34,839 nt of DNA. It comes from an uncultured Eubacteriales bacterium (GTDB lineage: Bacteria; Acidobacteriota; Aminicenantia; Aminicenantales; CAZPAX01). Below are positions 19,379 through 26,720 of the stretch, in pieces. Location: positions 1 through 34,839 of the forward strand of contig CAZPAX010000001.1 of NCBI GenBank assembly GCA_964584535.1. The letters run 5' to 3'. Position numbers and translations under genes: made by a program. A model generated the notes under the pieces. It saw only the letters and a list, made by a program, of their open reading frames with translations, did no database searches and had not been told where the DNA came from. How positions within the stretch are numbered: position 1 is the stretch's first letter; each line of letters starts with the position of its first letter.

Positions 19379-20362
19379 TCAGACTTTTTTCAAAAGACTC
19401 ATCACAGCCCGCGAAAGGACGACTTCAACAAGGTCTTTTTTGTATTCATTCTCTTTCAAGGGTCTGGCTTCTTGGAGTGCTTCTCGAGCGACTTGTCTTA
19501 GAATAGACTCTGTCACTTTTTTCCCTTTTATTGCTTCTTCAGCCTTATTTAATCTCCAGGGAATAGGAGCCACCCCTCCCAGGACGATTCTTATCTTGCT
19601 AAAAGAATTTCCTGAGACTGACCCACTGACTGCTGCGGAGACGACTGCAAAATCCCAGGCTCCTCTCTCCTTGAATTTAAGGTAAGTGCTTTTTTCTCCT
19701 TTTCTGGCGAGGGGAATACGGATCTCCCTCAGAACCTCCTCCGGGCCCAGAATATTCTCTCTCCTGATATTTATCGAGGGAAGGACAAAAAAGTCTTGGA
19801 GGGAAACAACCCTCTCACCCTGAGTGCTTTTTAAGGCCACCTCTGCATCCAGAGAAATAAGCGCTGGAGCAAGATCCGAAGGATGAACAATATAACATAT
19901 TCCGCCGCCAAAGATGGCATGGTACTTGTTTCTTCCCTGGAAGGCGAAGCACTTGCTTCCCCCTTTTTTGCGGCAGAGAATCTGAGGGTCACGGTAATAC
20001 CAGCACCTTGGTCTCTGGCAAAGGTTACCGCCGAGTGTTCCTACATTCCTGAGCTGAGGCGAGGCAACAGAATTGGCAGCTTGGTGGAGTCCTCTGTATT
20101 CCTGCTCGATGAGGGGATTTGAAGCCAGTTCAGCCACGGTTGTCATGGCTCCAATATGAACGCCGTCTTTTTCTTTTCTGATATAAGAAAGATTGGGAAT
20201 TGTCCGCAGGTCAGCGACAATTTCCGGCTCTAGAATCTCTTCCTTGATTTCTGTCCAGAGGTCAGTTCCTCCAGCTATGAGGAAGACTTTCTCTTTTTCT
20301 TTGGCCAACAGAGAAGCCAGTTGCTCGATTGTCTGAGGTTCAGCCATCTTAAAGTTTTTCAT
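19379..20362 (-). CDS. Molybdenum hydroxylase FAD-binding (medium) subunit (CoxM/XdhB/PaoB family)
   Basis: LIAGGTDLW, GTLGGNL and a CO-dehydrogenase-flavoprotein-like C-terminus. It overlaps the large-subunit gene by 4 nt. Confidence 0.85.
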   Translation of the reverse strand: MKNFKMAEPQTIEQLASLLAKEKEKVFLIAGGTDLWTEIKEEILEPEIVADLRTIPNLSYIRKEKDGVHIGAMTTVAELASNPLIEQEYRGLHQAANSVASPQLRNVGTLGGNLCQRPRCWYYRDPQILCRKKGGSKCFAFQGRNKYHAIFGGGICYIVHPSDLAPALISLDAEVALKSTQGERVVSLQDFFVLPSINIRRENILGPEEVLREIRIPLARKGEKSTYLKFKERGAWDFAVVSAAVSGSVSGNSFSKIRIVLGGVAPIPWRLNKAEEAIKGKKVTESILRQVAREALQEARPLKENEYKKDLVEVVLSRAVMSLLKKV

Positions 20363-22620
20363 GAGCTTGCCTCCTTTCTTTTGAGGGCCTGAAGGACTTT
20401 ATCAGGAGTCATGGGGATTTCTCTGAGATGGACACCAACGGCGTTATAGACGGCATTGGCGATGGCGGCAGCAATGGGGATTCGAGGGGGTTCTCCCAGG
20501 CCTTTTGTTCCCAAATTGTTGATTCTCGGGTCAACCATGTCAACAAAAATGGGAACTATTTCAGGAATATCCAGGGACGTGGCGATTTTATAATCATGAA
20601 GGTTGTGATTGATCATGGCGCCTGTAGTCTCATCCATTATTTTCTCTTCGAAGAGGGCTGCGCTTAATCCCTGAGCGATGCCGCCAATGACCTGACTCTC
20701 TGAGGTCAGCTTGTTAATCACTCTCCCCACTTCATGGGCAGCTACCACTTTGATGACTTTGATCTGACCTGTTTCTGTGTCAACTTCCACTTCGGCGAAA
20801 TGAGCGCCAAAGGTGTTATAGGCAAAATCAGAAGAGCGATCGCTGCATTCTCCATGAAAGACGACTTCCCTCCGGATATCTCGGAATATTTCTTTGAAGG
20901 GGATTGAATTTGCTGGATTGTTTTTATCAAAGAGCTTCTTGTTTTCGATGACGACATTCTCTGGTGCAATATTGAGTTTTTTTGCGGCAAGCTGCTTGAG
21001 GTAATTTGCTGCTTTCGAAGCTGCATCCCTTACAGCCGGCGCCACAGAAGGAGTTGTTGTGCTTCCCCCTGATGAGCCAGCCCAAGGATAATCTGTATTT
21101 CCAATTTTTACAGTGATATCTCTTGGTTCCAGGCCTAGAGTTTCTGCGGCGACCATGGCCATGTAAGTTCTTGTCCCGCCTCCCAGATCCTGTGTTCCGC
21201 AGATAGTTTCGATACTTCCATCTGGATGCATCTTGAGATCTACCAAGGTTCCAGGTCTACCTACTCCCCACCAGATCTGAGTGGCTACGCCCAGTCCGCG
21301 CTTCATCTTGCCCTTTCCTTCTCCTGGCTTCTTATTTCTTCTTTTCCAATCGATTTTCTCTGCTCCCAGTCTGTAACACTCGTTCAATCCTTTAGAGGAA
21401 TAGGGAATACCTGTCTCTCCGCGGTTCTTGTTGGAGTAATTTCTCTTTCGTAGCTCCAAGGGATCAAGACTGAGCTCATTCGCCAGTTCCTCCATAAATC
21501 CTTCCAGAGCAAAGGTTCCTTGGACATGGCCTGGCGCTCTTGTCGGTCGCGAAGCGCAGAGATTGGCAAAGACAGAATATTCTTCAACTTTGACATTTGG
21601 ACATTTGTAAATGTCGATTAGCGGCTCTGAGCAGGTGTCTCCGCGGCCTATCCCCCCACAGGTATAATTTTTCATGAACAGAGCAGTCAAGGTGCCATCT
21701 TTTTTCGCTCCTCCCTTGATTGTTATAAGTGAGGAAGGTCGATAGCCAACACAATAGGCATTTTCTCTTCGGGAAAGGGTAATTTTGACCGGCTTCCCAG
21801 CCTCTCGGGCAAGAAGAGCAGCGACAACTGTGTAATCATTGAGGCCCAGTTTGCTGCCAAAGCCTCCTCCCATGTAATTTTTGATGACTCTAATCTGAGT
21901 GGCAGGAATATTCAAAGCCCGGGCGAGGCCATCTCTGACGCCATGAACGGCCTGGGTGGAATCCCAGACAATTAGCCTATCTTCTTCCCATTTGGCTACG
22001 CTAGCGTGAGTTTCGGCAGTGTGATGGACCTCCCAGACTGTCTTATAAGTTCTCTCCACAGTGACCTCAGCTTCGGCAAATCCCTTTTCAATATTTCCCC
22101 GGCTGTATTCGTTTATTTTCTCGACATTCCCTGAATCACGGACTTGAGGTGCGCCCTCTTCTCTAGCTTTTTCTTCTGAGACTGCATGGGGAAGCACCTT
22201 GTAGTCAACTTTAATGAGCTTCAGTGCTTCCTCGGCTGTCTGCTCATCAACAGCAGCCACAGCGGCTATCTGTTCTCCCGCGTAAGTTATCTTCCCTTCT
22301 TTCACCTGGATAGCTGCTTTGACTCCAGGATAATTTTTGGCTTGACTGAGATCCACAGAAACAATCTCAGCCGAGGCATGAGGAGACCTGAGAATTTTCG
22401 CCTGAAGCATGCCAGGGAGAGCAATATCATGGGTAAATAAGGCCTTGCCGGTGACAATTTTCTCTCCGTCGATCCTTGGGGTGTAGGTGCCGATGATTTT
22501 GAATTCAGCTTTTTCTTCTGGAGGGGAAACTCGATAGCCAGTTCTTCCCTTGCCCTTAGCTTCTTCAAAGTAAAGAAGACTTGAGCCATTCATTTCTTCT
22601 CTGGGCATTTTTATCTTCAT
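20359..22620 (-). CDS. Molybdopterin-binding large subunit of a xanthine dehydrogenase / aldehyde oxidoreductase family enzyme (CoxL/PaoC-like)
   Basis: The 753-aa protein carries GKALFTHDI, MGGGFGSK and GTKGLGEPP, which are typical of the aldehyde oxidase/xanthine dehydrogenase a/b-hammerhead and Moco-binding domains. Confidence 0.88.
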   Translation of the reverse strand: MKIKMPREEMNGSSLLYFEEAKGKGRTGYRVSPPEEKAEFKIIGTYTPRIDGEKIVTGKALFTHDIALPGMLQAKILRSPHASAEIVSVDLSQAKNYPGVKAAIQVKEGKITYAGEQIAAVAAVDEQTAEEALKLIKVDYKVLPHAVSEEKAREEGAPQVRDSGNVEKINEYSRGNIEKGFAEAEVTVERTYKTVWEVHHTAETHASVAKWEEDRLIVWDSTQAVHGVRDGLARALNIPATQIRVIKNYMGGGFGSKLGLNDYTVVAALLAREAGKPVKITLSRRENAYCVGYRPSSLITIKGGAKKDGTLTALFMKNYTCGGIGRGDTCSEPLIDIYKCPNVKVEEYSVFANLCASRPTRAPGHVQGTFALEGFMEELANELSLDPLELRKRNYSNKNRGETGIPYSSKGLNECYRLGAEKIDWKRRNKKPGEGKGKMKRGLGVATQIWWGVGRPGTLVDLKMHPDGSIETICGTQDLGGGTRTYMAMVAAETLGLEPRDITVKIGNTDYPWAGSSGGSTTTPSVAPAVRDAASKAANYLKQLAAKKLNIAPENVVIENKKLFDKNNPANSIPFKEIFRDIRREVVFHGECSDRSSDFAYNTFGAHFAEVEVDTETGQIKVIKVVAAHEVGRVINKLTSESQVIGGIAQGLSAALFEEKIMDETTGAMINHNLHDYKIATSLDIPEIVPIFVDMVDPRINNLGTKGLGEPPRIPIAAAIANAVYNAVGVHLREIPMTPDKVLQALKRKEASS

Positions 22621-23252
22621 TTCAAGACTCCTCTCATGGTTTGGGAAGCTGCGGCGACAGCCTCATAGATCTTTTGATAATTTCCGCAGCGGCAGATATT
22701 CCCGGTCATAGCAGTTTTTATTACTTCAAGTGATGGAGCTTTGTTCTTGTTCAAGAGGGTGAATCCGGCCATGATAAATCCAGGAGTGCAGAAGCCGCAC
22801 TGAAAGGCATCCTTGTCTATAAAAGCCTGTTGGAGAGGATGAGGTCCGCTGCTGCTGGCCAGCCCCTCGATGGTCATGATTTCTTTTCTATCTGCTCTGA
22901 TGGCAGGATAAATGCAGGAGTAGACAGCATCTCCGTCGAGGAGGACTGTGCAGCCTCCACATTCACCCCGACCGCAGGTCTTTTTTGTTCCAGTCAATTT
23001 CAATCGTTCTCTGAGCACTTGGAGCAGGGTTTCTCTGGGCTCAACCTCCAAAGTTACGCTCTTTCCATTAAGGGTGAATGAGATCTGTTTTTTGGAATAG
23101 ATGGCGATTTTCTCTTCCGCAGCTTGTGGATAGGCTTGCTCCTGAGCAAGCAATTTCGAGGCCACAGTGGCGCCGATTGCCCCTCCGCCAAGCCCTTTAA
23201 GAAAATCCCTTCTTGTGAAAGTTTTTCTTTTCTTTTTCTTCATTTTTTCCAT
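22617..23252 (-). CDS. 2Fe-2S small subunit of the molybdenum hydroxylase, with Tat signal (PaoA-like)
   Basis: Twin-arginine leader TRRDFLKGLGGGAIGATVA. The two cluster motifs are CGRGECGGCTV and CGFCTPGF...CRCGNY. A GAAGGAGAAG Shine-Dalgarno sequence lies upstream. Confidence 0.88.
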   Translation of the reverse strand: MEKMKKKKRKTFTRRDFLKGLGGGAIGATVASKLLAQEQAYPQAAEEKIAIYSKKQISFTLNGKSVTLEVEPRETLLQVLRERLKLTGTKKTCGRGECGGCTVLLDGDAVYSCIYPAIRADRKEIMTIEGLASSSGPHPLQQAFIDKDAFQCGFCTPGFIMAGFTLLNKNKAPSLEVIKTAMTGNICRCGNYQKIYEAVAAASQTMRGVLK

Positions 23253-23288
23253 CGGGCTTCTCCTTCTGAGGAAGAATATGACTGAATT

Positions 23289-23933
23289 CTAGCCAAGTCT
23301 TATCAGGGCAATGATGGCTAGGGACAAGATAAGCGTAGCCGGAGAGAGGATTTCGATTTTGACTTCCAGGTCCCTGACTTTTTCCCCGACCCATAATCCA
23401 CAGGGGACACTGAGAAAGGAGACACAGACCGCAAGCGGCAGAAAGTAGAGGGCTAAAGGGTAATTTGTGCCAGGAAAGACACAGGCGGGGATTCCTGTTA
23501 CATATTTTACAAGAGGGAAAAAATTTGCTGCCAGCAGGGCTGACATGCCTCCCAAGAGTGCCTGTTTAAGGGTTTTCTTCTTCGAAGCTTCCACATCGAC
23601 TATTGTTGCCAAGACAAAAAAGGCCAATGTTTCCATCCAGAAAGCAAAGATCGGATTGGCCACAGCCCCATTCTGAAGAGGAAGGGAAAGGAGGAGAGCA
23701 TCGAACATCTTAAAGAGGCTAGCGATTGAGACGAGCAGAAAAAGGCCAAGAATATTTCGGCTCAGAATCCAGGTGGCGGCTATGAAGAAGAAAGCAATTC
23801 CAGTCATGATCGAACCAGAGGCAAAAGAAGCGCATTTCTCGATAGCTACTCCCAAGGCTGTTTCTGATAGACCCCAGACAGCCCCGAAGAGGACGACAAA
23901 ACCCAGATGAGTTAAAGGAATTTTTTTTGCCAT
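23289..23933 (-). CDS. Polytopic membrane protein of unknown function, first gene of the Mo-hydroxylase operon
   Basis: Five to six hydrophobic helices and no motif I recognise. The start is set to ATG 23933, which is preceded by AAGGAG; the track GTG at 23957 adds only 8 residues. Confidence 0.6.
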   Translation of the reverse strand: MAKKIPLTHLGFVVLFGAVWGLSETALGVAIEKCASFASGSIMTGIAFFFIAATWILSRNILGLFLLVSIASLFKMFDALLLSLPLQNGAVANPIFAFWMETLAFFVLATIVDVEASKKKTLKQALLGGMSALLAANFFPLVKYVTGIPACVFPGTNYPLALYFLPLAVCVSFLSVPCGLWVGEKVRDLEVKIEILSPATLILSLAIIALIRLG

Positions 23934-23970
23934 CCATTTCTCCTTACTTGATTTCACAAAGCGTATCGAA

Positions 23971-23999
23971 ATTATAATTTTCTCATTTCAATTTAGCAA
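23971..23999 (-). promoter_or_regulatory. Putative strong sigma70-type promoter of the membrane protein / Mo-hydroxylase operon
   Basis: The minus strand reads TTGCTA (23999-23994), a 17-nt spacer, then TATAAT (23976-23971). Confidence 0.5.
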
Positions 24000-24020
24000 C
24001 ATTTTCTTTTTTGGATTTCG

Positions 24021-24048
24021 TTTGTTGGGGACACGTTTGTTGGGGACA
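24021..24048. repeat. Tandem 13-bp direct repeat TTTGTTGGGGACA x2 (15-bp period)
   Basis: Identical copies lie at 24021-24033 and 24036-24048. The second copy forms the start of the left arm of the adjacent inverted repeat. Confidence 0.8.
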
Positions 24049-24083
24049 GGCACCTTTTTAAGAGAAAAAAGGTGCCTGTCCCC
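24042..24083. repeat. Perfect 18-bp inverted repeat (6-nt spacer) between two divergent promoters; candidate operator or small hairpin RNA
   Basis: GGGGACAGGCACCTTTTT (24042-24059), AAGAGA, then AAAAAGGTGCCTGTCCCC (24066-24083). It ends 5 nt before the -35 of the plus-strand promoter. Confidence 0.8.
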
Positions 24084-24088
24084 TGCCT

Positions 24089-24117
24089 TTGACAGAAAAT
24101 TAGCGAAGCATTAGAAT
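24089..24117 (+). promoter_or_regulatory. Putative strong sigma70-type promoter of the 93-aa ORF
   Basis: TTGACA (24089-24094), a 17-nt spacer, then TAGAAT (24112-24117). ATG at 24133 follows with no Shine-Dalgarno sequence. Confidence 0.5.
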
Positions 24118-24132
24118 GGACATTCAATAGCT

Positions 24133-24414
24133 ATGATCAAGACAGTAAAAGATAAAAGAAGCGAGAAATTGGAAATAGACTTTTATTGCGGCTACAAAGG
24201 AGAGGAAACACCAAGGTCTATCCGAATTAACGATAGAGAACTTAAAATAGAGGAGATTCTGTGGAGAGAAAGACTATTAGACCAAAAATCTGGGAAGGTG
24301 TATGAAGTCTTCGAGTGCAAGATCGAAGGAGAAATTGTAAAAATTCGCAGGGCTGAATCTGGAGAATGGGAGATTTCTTTTCCTAAAAATTCTTCACTCC
24401 CTCCAAAAAATTAA
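24133..24414 (+). CDS. Small hypothetical protein (93 aa), no recognisable family
   Basis: An ATG-initiated ORF behind a near-consensus promoter. Its composition is protein-like, with alternating charged and hydrophobic beta-strand-like segments (YEVFECKIEGEIVKIRRAESGEWEISF). Confidence 0.5.
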   Translation: MIKTVKDKRSEKLEIDFYCGYKGEETPRSIRINDRELKIEEILWRERLLDQKSGKVYEVFECKIEGEIVKIRRAESGEWEISFPKNSSLPPKN

Positions 24415-24526
24415 AAATTTTTTTTCATTTAAACTTTTTCCCCCCTTTTTACGTTTACTATGAGTGAAGTGGTGGATTGATAGATAGAGCGGAAGATGGA
24501 TTTGAGCATCAAGGAAGGAAACTTCA

Positions 24527-26688
24527 ATGAGGAAAGAAGGTTTCATTTCAAAAGCATTGAAAACTACTATCATGTTAATCTTTTTATTTATTGGCTTTTC
24601 ACTCCCGCAATGTTCCTTGGCTTCCTCTAAGGAGCCTTTGGATATTCCCAAGCTTAGTGTTCCTCCCAAGATCGATGGAGTCCTGGATAATCCTCTTTGG
24701 GAGAAAGAAGCTTTAAAAATTGAAAATTTCCTTCAGCTTTCTCCCAAAGAAAAAGGGACTCCCTCAGAAAAGACGGTTGCCTACATAGGCTATGACCAGA
24801 AAAATTTATACTTTGCCTTCCGCTGTGATGATTCTGAAGCAAAGAAAATAAGAGCTTCGGTCACCAACCGTGATAACTGTATTGAGGACGACTGGATCTG
24901 TATTCTTCTTGATACTTTTAATGAGAAGCGCCGTTCCTTTTGGTTTATAATCAATCCTTTTGGCGTTCAGATGGATGCCATCCGCACTGAGGAAGGTGGA
25001 AACGAAAATACGGATGAGAGCTGGGACACTTTTTTTGCCTCAGATGGAAAGATTGATGAAAAAGGATACACAGTGGAACTTTCCATCCCTTTCAAGAGTC
25101 TTCGCTTTCCTGATAGAGAGACTAAGCTCTGGGGAATTGTCCTCGGCCGCAATATCCCTCGGAAAGGAGAGATTATTATCTGGCCGGAATTCTCAAGGAA
25201 TATCCCGGGTTTGCTAGCTCAGGAAGGGGAAATTTCTATCCAGGGGAAAGTGGATAAGGGAGGAAACCTGGAGGTTATGCCCATCTTTACTTCGCTCAAA
25301 AGAGAGGACGAGAAGGCAAATCTTCAACCAGGCTTTAACCTTAAGTATGGCCTGAACTCTGATTTAACCATGGATTTCACTCTTAATCCTGATTTCAGCC
25401 ATATCGAAGCTGATGCGCCTCAGATTGATGTCAATCTGAGGTATGCTCTCCGCTATCAGGAAAAGAGGCCCTTTTTCTTAGAGGGAATGGAGATTTTCAG
25501 TTTCCCCAAAATCGAGATGGTCTACACAAGAAGGATTATTGATCCTCTCTGGGGAGGAAAGCTTTCAGGAAAAATAGGTCGTTTTGCCTATGGCATCCTC
25601 TCAGCCTATGACCTGAACCCGACAGAAAGCCTTTGGGAAGTTCACGATGGAGAGACAAACAAAGAGAATAATGCCCTCTTCAATATCATCCGCCTGAAAA
25701 CAGATGTCTTCCAAGAGTCCTATATAGGCTTTTGCCTGGCTGATAAAGAAATCGATGGTTCCTATAACCGCGTTGCTGGCCTGGATGGTCAATTCAAGTT
25801 CAGAAACAAATTCTTTTTTAATTTTCAGGCTTTGGCTTCAAAAACCAAATACGGGAATGAAGAATCTGACTTTGCTCCTGCCCTTTATGCCAGCTTTTTC
25901 TACTTCACAAAATACTGGACAGCAGGCCTTTTCTGGCAATCCATGCACCCTGACTTCGAGGCTTCCTCAGGGTTTGTCAACCGAGTCGACTATAAATCTG
26001 GCGGAGTTTTTACTCACTTCACGATCTATCCCGAAAAAAATACCTGAATTCTCTTCGCCTGAGTTTTGAAGTAGGCCAGAGGGATGCTTATTCTGAGAAT
26101 ATCACCCAGGACAAATGGTTAGAGACAAATCTTCAGCTGAGATTCACGGAGTTCAATCGCCTGAATATCACTTTTGAGAATGCCATAGAGAGGTATGAGG
26201 GGCTTGATTTCAACAGAAACTCATTGAAAATAAACGGTGAGAACAGCTTCATCAAGTGGCTTCCCTTCGGGATTTTTTTCCAAACAGGTGAAAGCATCAA
26301 CTATGATCCCGACGATCCTTTCCTGGGCTGGTCGAATATTTATGAGCTTAGCATAACCTTCAAGCCTAATAAAAGATTCCGGATTGGATTCGACTTCAGC
26401 AAAGAGACATTCTGGGAGAATTGGGGTGGGAAAGAGCTCTGGGACTACAATGTCTTCCGCCAAAGGACTGTCTACCAGATTTCCAAGACTCTCTCCCTCA
26501 GGGCTATTCTTGACTACAATCACTATTACAAGAAAGTCTTTGGCAGCTTTCTTGTAAGCTATGTCATGCGGCCTGGAACAGTCTTTTTCATCGGCTTGGA
26601 TACCAATTATGAAAAGGGAGATTTTAGAAGATACACGAGGACAAACTACAACTTCTTCTTAAAGTTCTCCTACTGGTGGAGAATGTAG
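24527..26688 (+). pseudogene. CBM9-like / DUF5916-type outer-membrane protein gene interrupted by a frameshift in an A7 run
   Basis: The N-terminal part (24527-26047) has a signal peptide plus PKIDGVLDNPLWEKEA. The reading frame continues without stops in the frame one nt back from 25996 through the track ORF 26224-26688, which ends in an FFLKFSYWWRM barrel-like C-terminus. The frames meet at AAAAAAA 26034-26040, and one extra A would fuse them. Confidence 0.7.
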
Positions 26689-26714
26689 ACTGAACAATTG
26701 GATAGACATATAAT
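26686..26714 (+). promoter_or_regulatory. Putative promoter of mfd in a leaderless configuration
   Basis: TAGACT (26686-26691), a 17-nt spacer, then perfect TATAAT (26709-26714). Six nt follow before ATG 26721, with no Shine-Dalgarno sequence. Confidence 0.45.
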
Positions 26715-26720
26715 GATTTT

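Noticed and set aside
26035-26041. Programmed -1 ribosomal frameshifting at A-AAA-AAT as the preferred explanation for the split DUF5916 gene
   Set aside because: The heptamer fits the formal pattern, but I see no convincing downstream stimulatory hairpin or upstream Shine-Dalgarno-like stimulator. Nothing suggests a biological need for two products. A one-base homopolymer indel, whether real or an assembly error, is the simpler explanation. I kept recoding as a minor alternative in the finding.
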